Virus record (IMG/VR): IMGVR_UViG_3300045988_135886
Origin: a virus
DNA: 64,000 nt
Reading direction: 5' to 3' (one strand)
Part shown: positions 43,127-52,129 of the stretch, piece after piece
How the letters are laid out: each line of letters begins with the position of its first letter
How positions within the stretch are numbered: the stretch's first letter is position 1
Position numbers and translations under genes: made by a program
Notes under the pieces: model-generated
What the model saw: the letters and a program-made list of their open reading frames with translations, nothing else
What the model was told of the DNA's origin: nothing
The model's database searches: none

Positions 43127-43876
43127 TTAACCCATATGGTTACATGAATATTCCGACATTTCGCTTAACTTTTTAACTATAAAATCTGGTATATAGCCAC
43201 ATTCTGAACAAATACAAATCTTTCCTAAGATATACAAACATGCTTGATCTCTTGGAATTTCTTTTCCCATAAACTGTTGTTTAGTTTCTTGGCATTCCTC
43301 TTTATAACAGTATTCATTATCTGGACAGCTATCGCAGTCATACTTTATATTTTCAATCCAGGGGAAATACCAATCTAATATATCTGACTCAATTCCGTTG
43401 CCATTGTCTCCTGAGCATTCTATCATTTGTGTGCTGAAATCAAGAGGAACATACGGATCATTGCAGGAAAAGTCTCTTATATAAAAAGGTGCATGAACTC
43501 CAATTTCCATTCTAGGAATCCAAAAATTGACATAGTCTTTGTATGTTTCACAGTTGATCCAATCAATTACTCCCGGTAATTCTTCATAATGGTCAAGGCC
43601 AAACATCAATCTCAACTGAGTGTCAGCAATTTTTGTACAGTCCCACGATTTCTTTGAGTGTAAATATTTACCTCTTTTTTCAGTAATAACTTCAAACACA
43701 TCAGGATAATATTCTTCTACATAGCTATACATTTCAGAGCAAGATTTATAATATTGTTTATAAAATTCTTTTATTTCTTGATATACCGAATCAATAGTTA
43801 CTGTGTTGTCGTTTGCTTTACCAATAATAAAACTTGAAGAACTACTATTGGTTACAAACCCGTTACGAATCTTCAA
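43127..43876 (-). CDS. GFVTNSSSSS-motif family protein (paralog 3, Cys-rich C-terminal half)
   Basis: TTG 43876, 6 nt after GAGGTG, gives (M)KIRNGFVTNSSSSSFIIGKA, the same N-terminus as the other paralogs. Confidence 0.65.
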   Translation of the reverse strand: MKIRNGFVTNSSSSSFIIGKANDNTVTIDSVYQEIKEFYKQYYKSCSEMYSYVEEYYPDVFEVITEKRGKYLHSKKSWDCTKIADTQLRLMFGLDHYEELPGVIDWINCETYKDYVNFWIPRMEIGVHAPFYIRDFSCNDPYVPLDFSTQMIECSGDNGNGIESDILDWYFPWIENIKYDCDSCPDNEYCYKEECQETKQQFMGKEIPRDQACLYILGKICICSECGYIPDFIVKKLSEMSEYSCNHMG

Positions 43877-44405
43877 TGGTATCACCTCTTCCTATATCAT
43901 ATGCTCTTTTACAGTACTTCCAATCATTACATAATGATCCATCCATTTTCTTATAGCAACCTTTACACAGGTATTCTCTATTTTCTATGATTTTATTGAA
44001 TCGCTCATAGTTTGCATAGAATTCTTTCCGGTAGGTTCCATCTTCATCTTCAATAGTGCCTATATAGCCACCATCTGCTTCATCAAGAATGTCTGAATTA
44101 AAATATGGATACAGAAAGTCATAAATATCTTGCCCTAAGTCATCACCTAGGTACATGTATCCTTTCATACAGAAGCTGGCAGTCAAGAACCACACTCCCT
44201 CTGAAAATTCTAATGTGTAAGTCGGATATAAAGCTCTATAATGATTCATCCATTTAGACTCTTTTAATTCTCTATGCTGTAACAGTGGTTTTATATCTCT
44301 ATCACAGCTCCGCTCGCTTGCAAGTACAGATAAATCATGTAACAGTTCATCTGGAAGATTCCTCTTTAATGCAAAAATCAGCCTTCCCTCATAATAATTC
44401 CCCAT
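43863..44405 (-). CDS. Hypothetical protein
   Basis: ATG 44405 (MGNYYEGRLIF...), Cys cluster CKGCYKK...C...C near the C-terminus. Confidence 0.5.
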   Translation of the reverse strand: MGNYYEGRLIFALKRNLPDELLHDLSVLASERSCDRDIKPLLQHRELKESKWMNHYRALYPTYTLEFSEGVWFLTASFCMKGYMYLGDDLGQDIYDFLYPYFNSDILDEADGGYIGTIEDEDGTYRKEFYANYERFNKIIENREYLCKGCYKKMDGSLCNDWKYCKRAYDIGRGDTIEDS

Positions 44406-44718
44406 TTTTCCACATCCTTTCGAACACATAAATAGAATTCTCTGTTTCTACTGTTACCTCAGTTACTTTTACTGTAATATGTATCACATGGCTTGTATAT
44501 AACACCATTCCTTTAAGAGAGGTTCCGTCAGTGTCGCATACGTAGTTAATAATCATAGGAGCATCTCCAATAATTTTAGTTACATCAAGATCTACAATTC
44601 GTCCAATTCTCAAAGGATACCTCCCATCAGTTCTTTTGGTTCCTCTTACGCCGCAACTACCAGAATGTAGTATTTCTTTTATTTTATATTGTGTGTCCTT
44701 TTTGCGTAGTGTTTTCAT
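44389..44718 (-). CDS. Hypothetical beta-rich protein
   Basis: 109 aa, SD TAAGGAG. Confidence 0.55.
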   Translation of the reverse strand: MKTLRKKDTQYKIKEILHSGSCGVRGTKRTDGRYPLRIGRIVDLDVTKIIGDAPMIINYVCDTDGTSLKGMVLYTSHVIHITVKVTEVTVETENSIYVFERMWKNGELL

Positions 44719-44727
44719 ATAGTCTCC

Positions 44728-45186
44728 TTAATGATGACTAATAGCAGCAAGACAACAATTCATATTCGGTGCAACATGATGTTCAAGGGTTGAATACCTA
44801 AGACCATCCTCGTCTGAATAATTAATCTCTACAAATACAGAGTACCCTTGCATATCTTCCTCTAACTCAGACACCCTATCTGTTATTGCTTTATTGAGCT
44901 TATTCTGAAACTCTTTCGTTTCTCGTATTTCGAACTTCTTATCATAAGGTACATCAAGTCTATACTCTAAATCCCAGAGAGTATCATAATAAATTTCTTT
45001 TGAATACCCTTCCAAAGCTTCATCTTTAGTCAATTTTGTAGCTCTCATTACATCTTCCAGGACCTCATCAAAATATTCTTTGAGATCCTCTGCTTCCAAT
45101 TCTTTTTTGATATTTTCTTCACTTGTAAAACCAAGAATGAAACTACTGCTGCTGCTATTAGTTACGAATCCTTTTCTAATTTTCAT
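44728..45186 (-). CDS. GFVTNSSSSS-motif family protein (paralog 4)
   Basis: ATG 45186 behind GGGAGGA; MKIRKGFVTNSSSSSFILGF; ATGA overlap with paralog 5. Confidence 0.7.
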   Translation of the reverse strand: MKIRKGFVTNSSSSSFILGFTSEENIKKELEAEDLKEYFDEVLEDVMRATKLTKDEALEGYSKEIYYDTLWDLEYRLDVPYDKKFEIRETKEFQNKLNKAITDRVSELEEDMQGYSVFVEINYSDEDGLRYSTLEHHVAPNMNCCLAAISHH

Positions 45187-45455
45187 GACCAATCCTCCCA
45201 TTCAACAATATCTCTGTTAATACCAATTAGCCTTAGAAACTTGTTCATATCTCCATTGTCCATACATGTGAAGCCTCTAATTCCAAAATTTGTTTCATCA
45301 ATATCCCACAAATCGTCGAAATCATTCATTCCAACTTCTTTTGCAGCCTCAAAATAATTTTTAATCTTCTCAATCTGTTCATCTGTTAAATCACTTCTAG
45401 CAATAGCAAAACTGGATGAGGAACTATTGGTTACAAAGCCTATTCTTAATTTCAT
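45183..45455 (-). CDS. GFVTNSSSSS-motif family protein (paralog 5, 90 aa)
   Basis: MKLRIGFVTNSSSSSFAIAR; SD GAGGAGGA; ATGA overlaps at both ends. Confidence 0.7.
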   Translation of the reverse strand: MKLRIGFVTNSSSSSFAIARSDLTDEQIEKIKNYFEAAKEVGMNDFDDLWDIDETNFGIRGFTCMDNGDMNKFLRLIGINRDIVEWEDWS

Positions 45456-45871
45456 ACGTCCTCCTCTATAATTCTGTAATTGCGTTCTTGTGCATAAGTT
45501 TTTGTATGAGCATTACATGTAGCACAAACATAGACTTCTTTATTCATTCCATTAAAATTTATCTGGCTAAAACCTCTCGCTTTCGCTTCGGCTTCAAAAT
45601 TATTCTGTGCTTTTATGGCTACATATTCTTTGATATAAGTATCTATACACACCAGATAATACTCTTTAGGCTCTTCTGAAACTTCTTCATACATGGCACT
45701 AAGTTCATCAGTATCAAAATCTATTGTTCTACTCTCTGGATCACAATGGATGTAACCTTTCTTTTTTCCTTCAAAATGAACAATGCCATCCTGAGGCAAC
45801 CGCTGCAGAGCTTCAATCATCTCTGCAACAGTTGTTCCTTCACACCTCACTCTCTTGTTAATGTCTAACAT
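45452..45871 (-). CDS. Hypothetical protein
   Basis: 139 aa, SD AAGGAGGAG. Confidence 0.55.
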   Translation of the reverse strand: MLDINKRVRCEGTTVAEMIEALQRLPQDGIVHFEGKKKGYIHCDPESRTIDFDTDELSAMYEEVSEEPKEYYLVCIDTYIKEYVAIKAQNNFEAEAKARGFSQINFNGMNKEVYVCATCNAHTKTYAQERNYRIIEEDV

Positions 45872-45882
45872 AAGACTCCTCC

Positions 45883-46149
45883 TTACTCCGTCACTTTAAT
45901 GACGTAGATTTTATTTCCGCGTTTAGCATATTTGATAACTTCTTTTTCACCTTCTTCATTGAGTCTCTTGCAGCAATTCATTACTGCAGAAGCTCTTCTT
46001 TTAGCTTCAGCCTCATCATCGTACTCAAAGCACATGTTGGCTCTACTTGTTTTCATAAACTCAACAATAGCTCTTCCCTCTTCTGAAGTAACAAGACCTC
46101 TTCTGTTTGCTCCTAACTCCTCAACCTGTACATCATAGCTCATTTTCAT
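45883..46149 (-). CDS. Hypothetical protein
   Basis: 88 aa, no motif recognised. Confidence 0.5.
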   Translation of the reverse strand: MKMSYDVQVEELGANRRGLVTSEEGRAIVEFMKTSRANMCFEYDDEAEAKRRASAVMNCCKRLNEEGEKEVIKYAKRGNKIYVIKVTE

Positions 46150-46153
46150 AATT

Positions 46154-46375
46154 TTAGTTCTCCTTTTCTTGTTTATTTAAAATTAATAATTTTAACGAAT
46201 TCAGCGGCACCATAAAACATCTATTGACAGGATTAACATTCTCCATTACTGGATAGTAGACATGCACCCAATCATTTATTTGTTTTTCTCCAGTTAATGT
46301 AAAAATTCTATTTTCCCATCCTGGAGTAAAAGTGTTTTTCATAATAACTTGCAAACCTTTTTTATTCGGAATCAT
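46154..46375 (-). CDS. Hypothetical protein, start uncertain
   Basis: The track start 46438 overlaps the upstream gene by 62 nt. ATG 46375 (1 nt after the upstream TAA) is preferred. Confidence 0.4.
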   Translation of the reverse strand: MIPNKKGLQVIMKNTFTPGWENRIFTLTGEKQINDWVHVYYPVMENVNPVNRCFMVPLNSLKLLILNKQEKEN

Positions 46376-46376
46376 A

Positions 46377-47168
46377 TTATAAACCCGTTTGCTTTCCAAC
46401 AAAGTTAATTGGTTTACCAGTAACTTTGTTAATGCCATGTCCTACTACTTCTAAAACATAATCTTCCCAGTAGTCACCTTTTTTCCAGTAGTCGGTATCT
46501 TCTTCATAGTAGCCCTCAATGTGCTTAACGACAAATTCTACAGTTCCTTTGAAATCTTTAATCCAAGTAACCGTCCATTTATTTTTTAAATGATCTTTAT
46601 AATATGGATTATATTTCAGGACTTCATCTAATAAAAATACTGACACTAAACCAGCATCTGCACAAAACTCACCAATAGCTTCTTTTGTATCACTGTCAAA
46701 AGTAGTACAACTCCAATCTCCATAGAGAGTATCTCTTGTCATATAGTGAGTTATTCCAAGTGCTTCCATATTCTCTCCGTAGGCACATGTTGCCCAATCA
46801 TCATCTTCTTTCATGATATAACAAGGATCTGTGATAATAATATCTCCATCAAATTCCATTGGCTCTCCATCTAAATATGCATCAATCCAATTTTTCTTGG
46901 TGTATTTATAAAACAACTCTTCAATTCCTGTAAGTTCTGATAATTCTTTATATTCTTCATAAGTTTTTGTAGAATCATCCACATATTTCATAATAAGTAC
47001 CATGTTTAATTCTTGTATTGCAGTAGTATAACAAGGAGATTCGAGACAATCCATGATTTTCTCAAATTCCTTATCATCTAAATGCAGCTTGTTCCTAAGT
47101 ATTTTTTCAATCTCAGGCCGGACACTTTCACATTCTTTTGTTTTCTGTTCTAACCAAGCTTTATCCAT
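46377..47168 (-). CDS. Hypothetical acidic protein
   Basis: ATG 47168 behind AAGGAGGAAAGAAGA. Confidence 0.55.
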   Translation of the reverse strand: MDKAWLEQKTKECESVRPEIEKILRNKLHLDDKEFEKIMDCLESPCYTTAIQELNMVLIMKYVDDSTKTYEEYKELSELTGIEELFYKYTKKNWIDAYLDGEPMEFDGDIIITDPCYIMKEDDDWATCAYGENMEALGITHYMTRDTLYGDWSCTTFDSDTKEAIGEFCADAGLVSVFLLDEVLKYNPYYKDHLKNKWTVTWIKDFKGTVEFVVKHIEGYYEEDTDYWKKGDYWEDYVLEVVGHGINKVTGKPINFVGKQTGL

Positions 47169-47182
47169 TCTTCTTTCCTCCT

Positions 47183-47578
47183 TCAATTTGGTTCATCATA
47201 GCTGAGTCCTGCACTTTCCACATATTCATTTAATGCTAAAAACATATCTTCTTCCAACTCTTCTTTCCATCTGTTACTCCACCAATCCACATCTGCTCCA
47301 GTCCCAATATATTCAATAGGCTCCCAATCATTCTCCGTTTTTAAACAAGTAAAATATTCAATAGTCGGTTTATATGTTGGTATTTCGTTAAACATTCCGA
47401 GAACAGAAATGTTTACTTCAATATCAACATACCCTATCTCTAACACAGCTTCACCTATGAGAGGACCATTATCGAGATCAATTTCTAAATGCTCTTCTCT
47501 TATATTCCTTATTAGAAATTGGATTCCGTTGAGTCTAAAACAGTAATCTGAACGCTGTTTAGCTTCTTCAAATGTCAT
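47183..47578 (-). CDS. Hypothetical protein
   Basis: ATG 47578 behind GAGGTG. Confidence 0.55.
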   Translation of the reverse strand: MTFEEAKQRSDYCFRLNGIQFLIRNIREEHLEIDLDNGPLIGEAVLEIGYVDIEVNISVLGMFNEIPTYKPTIEYFTCLKTENDWEPIEYIGTGADVDWWSNRWKEELEEDMFLALNEYVESAGLSYDEPN

Positions 47579-47579
47579 A

Positions 47580-48026
47580 TCAACACCTCGAATATAGTTC
47601 AATTTCTATATGAATATACTTACCCATGTTTCCTTCTAAGATTTTTAACAGATCATGACCACCACATTTGAATTCTTCTTCAGTCCAAAGATATCCAGTA
47701 TAATCACTATACCTATGATAATATTCAGACTCAGTGATTCCTTCCATTGATACAATCTTTGTCTCATCAATGTGATCCATATCAATAGGTGTATCTCCTG
47801 TAAGCATTTGAATACTTGCATATCTGTCAAGCCACCCGCATCGACTTTCCATTTCTTTTGAAAAAGCAAATCCATTATTAGATACAACAATTTCTTCACC
47901 AGAAAATCTTTTTACTTTCTGAATATTTTGTATTCCAATAATGCTATCAGCAACATCTCCTGTGTTTACCCACCCTACTTTTCCATTGAGAATGATAGTA
48001 TCCTCTAATTTATACCCTTCTTTCAT
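47580..48026 (-). CDS. Hypothetical protein
   Basis: 148 aa, SD AGGAGAA. Confidence 0.55.
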   Translation of the reverse strand: MKEGYKLEDTIILNGKVGWVNTGDVADSIIGIQNIQKVKRFSGEEIVVSNNGFAFSKEMESRCGWLDRYASIQMLTGDTPIDMDHIDETKIVSMEGITESEYYHRYSDYTGYLWTEEEFKCGGHDLLKILEGNMGKYIHIEIELYSRC

Positions 48027-48258
48027 GTCTATAATTCTCCTTTCTTTTCTCTATAGTATTCCTCAAATTGTGTTCTCCATATATAATAGAGTAATACTTC
48101 AAAGCTTCTAATAATGGAACCGGATTTCCATCTAAGAAATATCCATAACCATTACCGCATTTGTGTTGAGGATTTATAAAACTTATTTGACAGATACTGC
48201 AGTACGGAGACTTACAACAGAATTCTCTTAACTTGAAATATATTTCATATCTATCCAT
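48010..48258 (-). CDS. Hypothetical Cys-rich small protein
   Basis: 82 aa, CCKSPYCSIC...HKC. Confidence 0.5.
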   Translation of the reverse strand: MDRYEIYFKLREFCCKSPYCSICQISFINPQHKCGNGYGYFLDGNPVPLLEALKYYSIIYGEHNLRNTIEKRKENYRHERRV

Positions 48259-48541
48259 GTCTTCTCCTATAAATTAATGTGCTTAAAGGAAGTTCTAACA
48301 TCTGGCTATTCCAACAATATCTTGCTTCTTTTATATGATAAAGCTTATCTTCATGCCTATAGAATGTATCATGTATCGTAATTTTTTGATCACACAATTT
48401 TTTCATTTGCTTATTAAAACCGCAGATGACATTCGGCATTCCACTAGAGTTATTAGAACCATATTCTTCCATTAAACGAGCAAACGATTTTACTTTATAT
48501 TGCCCGCCAAGTTTAAGAAATTTAAGTTTATCTGTATTCAT
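48251..48541 (-). CDS. Small beta-barrel-like paralog with C-terminal L-I-x-R-R tail (array A)
   Basis: LGGQYKVKSF...MKKLCDQKITI...STLIYRRRHG; the AGG AGA AGA tail codons form the SD of the next gene. Confidence 0.65.
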   Translation of the reverse strand: MNTDKLKFLKLGGQYKVKSFARLMEEYGSNNSSGMPNVICGFNKQMKKLCDQKITIHDTFYRHEDKLYHIKEARYCWNSQMLELPLSTLIYRRRHG

Positions 48542-48836
48542 TGTTCATCCTCTCATATAGTTTTCTAAACTTTACAAAATCTTCTTGTTTACCTCCATTG
48601 TCAGGATGAGCTTTAATCATTGCATAGTGAATAGCTTCTTTTATGTCTGGTGTAGTGGGCTTTGGTGTATCAGATTTCATTAATAGCTTTGTATAATCTT
48701 GACATATGCTGGAATAACTTAAACGTTGGATCTTGTACTTTATTTTTAGTTCTTCCACTTCCATTTTCAACTTTATAATTTTGCTTATACAACAAAACAA
48801 AACTATTAATATTATTATAAACGCTGGTGTTAGCAT
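48528..48836 (-). CDS. Membrane-anchored J-domain (DnaJ-like) protein
   Basis: ATG 48836; TM LTPAFIIILIVLFCCISKII; C-terminal IKEAIHYAMIKAHPDNGGKQEDFVKFRKLYERM (HPD motif). Confidence 0.6.
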   Translation of the reverse strand: MLTPAFIIILIVLFCCISKIIKLKMEVEELKIKYKIQRLSYSSICQDYTKLLMKSDTPKPTTPDIKEAIHYAMIKAHPDNGGKQEDFVKFRKLYERMNNEYR

Positions 48837-49894
48837 AAATCTTTCTCCTCTTTTGTGCACAAGACAATTTCTCTTGTGATCGGACATCCACCTAGACAAT
48901 CACACTGACGGCTACAATCTCTACAAGAATTCCTGAAATGGCTTCTGAAATCATCGAACACATCTGAATCCCATGCTTCCTGAATAGTGTGTTCATTAAG
49001 ATCAACTGCCCACTTAAGTTCCTGATTGTCAAAGCTACATGGCAGCATTTTCATATCTGACGTAATGTAACCAGAAAATCTTGCTCCTTCACACGGTTCC
49101 AGAGTAGAATTTAAAATCTCTTCTGTAAAATTCAACAGTCCAGGCACAGAACATGAATCAAATCCAATCTGAAATTTATAATCATGTTTATCAATCAAAG
49201 AGAAAAATTCTTTGACTCTTTCATCATCAGGAGACAATACATTTGCCTGAGTTCCTAAACCTACTGGCTTATGCAACAAGAAAATTACTGCATTGATACC
49301 ATCAGGAAAATCTTCCTGCTGCAAATGTTCAATAGCTTCATCAATAGAATTCCGTCCAAGGACATAATGAATATTGGTAGTAACTCCTGCAGATACTAAC
49401 ATATCAATCGCTTTCTGTGTATATTCACTTCTATACCAAGAAATAGCTACGGCTCCGCAATATTCTTTACATAAGGAAACAATTTTTTCATTGAATCCTA
49501 AACCGGAACTTGTAAAGTTTGGCACAATCCCTTGTGAACAACAATACTTAAGGATTTCTTCAAAATCTTCATGCTGGTCTACATCTCCTCTGCCGCCAAG
49601 AGCAAACTGAAATGTTTTCCCTTTACATTCATCTACTATTCTCTTGAAATTTTCAAGGGACATATTAGGCTCCTGTGTGTGTAATCCATTCTGATAACAC
49701 TGAACTCCTGACTGAATACACAAACCAGATGCCCCATGAACACAATGTCCCATAACACCAATATCTAACAAAGCAGGAAAATTTCTCATAAATGGTTCCT
49801 TTCCTGTTGTCAAATCATCAGACCGGATATAGAATCCTGTCTCCGGATTAAATGTTTCTACAAAATTGTTTTTCTTGTCGTAATATTTATACAT
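48830..49894 (-). CDS. Radical-SAM/SPASM-like Fe-S protein (non-canonical N-terminal Cys motif)
   Basis: C-terminal CRDCSRQCDCLGGC fits the SPASM pattern CX2CX5CX3C. FALGGRGD sits at the GGE position. The N-terminal Cys trio is GHCVHGASGLCIQSGVQC, not CX3CX2C. Confidence 0.5.
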   Translation of the reverse strand: MYKYYDKKNNFVETFNPETGFYIRSDDLTTGKEPFMRNFPALLDIGVMGHCVHGASGLCIQSGVQCYQNGLHTQEPNMSLENFKRIVDECKGKTFQFALGGRGDVDQHEDFEEILKYCCSQGIVPNFTSSGLGFNEKIVSLCKEYCGAVAISWYRSEYTQKAIDMLVSAGVTTNIHYVLGRNSIDEAIEHLQQEDFPDGINAVIFLLHKPVGLGTQANVLSPDDERVKEFFSLIDKHDYKFQIGFDSCSVPGLLNFTEEILNSTLEPCEGARFSGYITSDMKMLPCSFDNQELKWAVDLNEHTIQEAWDSDVFDDFRSHFRNSCRDCSRQCDCLGGCPITREIVLCTKEEKDLC

Positions 49895-50189
49895 GAGTTT
49901 TTCTCCTTTGAATTATTTGTGCCAATAAACCGGCAGATGTAAGCATTTCTTCATCCCAGTAATAATGTTTTATTTCATCATTTAATTCCTTATTATTAGT
50001 TTCTAAATCGTAAGTAACACGAAAAATACCAGATCTTACATTCTTAATTGTAAAAATCATCCCACAAAACCAATTCATTTCTCTAGTAAATGATGATGGT
50101 GTCTTTATGCTACCGCAAGAATTAAGTCCATATTCTTTTTCCATTTGTTCCCAAGATTTAACTCTTACTTTCTGTCCTACTTTATACAT
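49887..50189 (-). CDS. Small beta-barrel-like paralog with L-I-x-R-R tail (array A)
   Basis: MYKVGQKVRVKSWEQMEKEYG...MNWFCGMIFTI...LLAQIIQRRKTHV. Confidence 0.65.
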   Translation of the reverse strand: MYKVGQKVRVKSWEQMEKEYGLNSCGSIKTPSSFTREMNWFCGMIFTIKNVRSGIFRVTYDLETNNKELNDEIKHYYWDEEMLTSAGLLAQIIQRRKTHV

Positions 50190-50464
50190 TCCTGTCTCCT
50201 TGTGATTAACATTGATAAGTCTCCTTTTTCAAACATCTCACTTGTAAAAGTCCACGGAATTGCAGTCATTGTATAATAATAGGTATTACCAAGATTTTTT
50301 ATAGTATCTATTCGTAATTTTTTCCCACAATATTTCTTCATTTCTCCCACAAAACTGCAATAATTGTTACATCGAATAACACCATAATAATTAACACCAA
50401 ATTCTTTAACCATATCATTCCATTGTCGAATCTGGACAATGTCTCCTACTTTGTATCGCTTCAT
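50177..50464 (-). CDS. Small beta-barrel-like paralog with L-I-x-R-R tail (array A)
   Basis: MKRYKVGDIVQIRQWNDMVKEFG...MKKYCGKKLRI...LSMLITRRQECIK. Confidence 0.65.
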   Translation of the reverse strand: MKRYKVGDIVQIRQWNDMVKEFGVNYYGVIRCNNYCSFVGEMKKYCGKKLRIDTIKNLGNTYYYTMTAIPWTFTSEMFEKGDLSMLITRRQECIK

Positions 50465-50708
50465 ATAAATCTCCTAATGGTGTGATCATGTCTGTAGACC
50501 ACATATATCTACCGTTATCTTCTTCGATTCTAAAAACATTGTCGTATATAAAATATGAAACAGTTATAGTAGTTCCACAAAATCTACACATGTCTTTAAC
50601 AAAAAATGCCAAACATGGTATATATATTTCATCCCCAGTTTGAGCGGTTCCAAACTCTCTTTCCATATCATCCCAAGAACGAACTTTATACTTTTGTCCT
50701 ACTTTCAT
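50415..50708 (-). CDS. Small beta-barrel-like paralog with tail (array A); 50-nt out-of-frame overlap with the next gene
   Basis: MKVGQKYKVRSWDDMEREFG...MCRFCGTTITV...LYEAIQSRRHCPDSTME. Confidence 0.6.
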   Translation of the reverse strand: MKVGQKYKVRSWDDMEREFGTAQTGDEIYIPCLAFFVKDMCRFCGTTITVSYFIYDNVFRIEEDNGRYMWSTDMITPLGDLYEAIQSRRHCPDSTME

Positions 50709-50979
50709 TTCTCACCTCAATCATTCTTTTCAAGCCAGGTACGACCAACATATTCTCAGTAAACAAAAATTGCTCTGAAGTGTTTATACTTTTTCCTTGG
50801 TATACTCCTTCATAAAGAGGATCTTTTCTAATTATACGTATCTTATTTCCACATAAAACCTTCATCCTAGATAAAAATAATATGTCTCCAAAATCTAAGG
50901 CTCCACGAAAACCACCATTAGAAGCTTTTTTAAGCTCCTCCCAAGTTTTTAAATAATATGTTTTCCCTATTTTTAGCAT
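50686..50979 (-). CDS. Small beta-barrel-like paralog with tail (array A)
   Basis: MLKIGKTYYLKTWEELKKA...MKVLCGNKIRI...LKRMIEVRNESRTKV. Confidence 0.6.
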   Translation of the reverse strand: MLKIGKTYYLKTWEELKKASNGGFRGALDFGDILFLSRMKVLCGNKIRIIRKDPLYEGVYQGKSINTSEQFLFTENMLVVPGLKRMIEVRNESRTKV

Positions 50980-50984
50980 AGTCT

Positions 50985-52061
50985 TTACCCAACCATCATG
51001 ACATCAACTGCATTCTTAAATTTTCTCAGCATTTCCGGATTAGAAGAAATGATTTTCTTTCTTCTTGCTCCTACTTTGCCATGTTTGTTAATATAACGAA
51101 CTTCTAAATTATGCCAATTGATCGGACTCATTTCTCCCATCTTTTTATATACTTTTCTGTATGTAACCATTCCTCCGTTGCTCTTATCTCCATATTTTTC
51201 TACGAGAGGAGCAATAATAGAATCTGTTGCATCCTGATTACAGATTGATTTATATTTTTCATAGAGATCTCCTAACGCAGCACTGAAGATAGATCTCAAA
51301 GTATCATTGGCATAGACAACATCATAAGTACTAAATTTACTTACTGGATTACACTTTTCTTTGTAATCTTTCACTTCCTGATCCCAACAGATACCGTAAT
51401 TTTTATTCATATACTTATATACAGTTTTCATTACAGAGCCACGATCAGAAAATTTGTCACAAGTGGTAAGAGCATCAATCATCTGGTACATATCATTTTT
51501 CCATTTTTTACCTGGATCCTCTACTTTCTTTACTGGAAGAGGTGTCGTAACAGCTTTCTCTTGAACCATCATAGAAGCTAAACGCCCCATATCTTCAAAG
51601 ATTTTATCTACTTTTCTTTCTAGTACTTCAATTTTGTCATTAAAATCCGGAAGCTGTAACTGAATAACATTTGGATTATTAACTTTTTTCTCAAGGAAAG
51701 CTGCTGCCAGTACATCTTTTGCCTTGAGTTGATATGCTACAAGTTTTTCTGCTATTCCCGGCATTTCTTTTTTCATAGTTGGAGTAATTGAGATTTTAGC
51801 CAACCATAATGGCAGATAGTCTAACTGTAAGCACATAACATTCTGATTCCCGCCATTGGTAAGGAGGGTAAAATTTTGTACCCCCTTTGAAATTACTGAA
51901 TCCGTCTGCATTTTTCTTCTTTCATATTTAATCCGGTTATCATCTAAACCGATAGCTTCACATACCCAACGAGCACCAACCCAAATATTTCCATCAGGAT
52001 CCTGTGCTGCTTTAAGAATATCTCCGTTAAACTCTACTTCTTTTGCTATTAATTTATCCAT
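50985..52061 (-). CDS. Phage antirepressor-like protein (P22 Ant N-terminal-type domain)
   Basis: VEFNGDILKAAQDPDGNIWVGARWVCEAIGLDDNRIKYERRKMQ...CLQLDYLPLWLAKIS. Confidence 0.5.
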   Translation of the reverse strand: MDKLIAKEVEFNGDILKAAQDPDGNIWVGARWVCEAIGLDDNRIKYERRKMQTDSVISKGVQNFTLLTNGGNQNVMCLQLDYLPLWLAKISITPTMKKEMPGIAEKLVAYQLKAKDVLAAAFLEKKVNNPNVIQLQLPDFNDKIEVLERKVDKIFEDMGRLASMMVQEKAVTTPLPVKKVEDPGKKWKNDMYQMIDALTTCDKFSDRGSVMKTVYKYMNKNYGICWDQEVKDYKEKCNPVSKFSTYDVVYANDTLRSIFSAALGDLYEKYKSICNQDATDSIIAPLVEKYGDKSNGGMVTYRKVYKKMGEMSPINWHNLEVRYINKHGKVGARRKKIISSNPEMLRKFKNAVDVMMVG

Positions 52062-52129
52062 AATGATTTCTTCTCCATTAATATAAATTTGTTAGTGGTC
52101 CATTCTGTACAACTATTGATTTTCCTATT

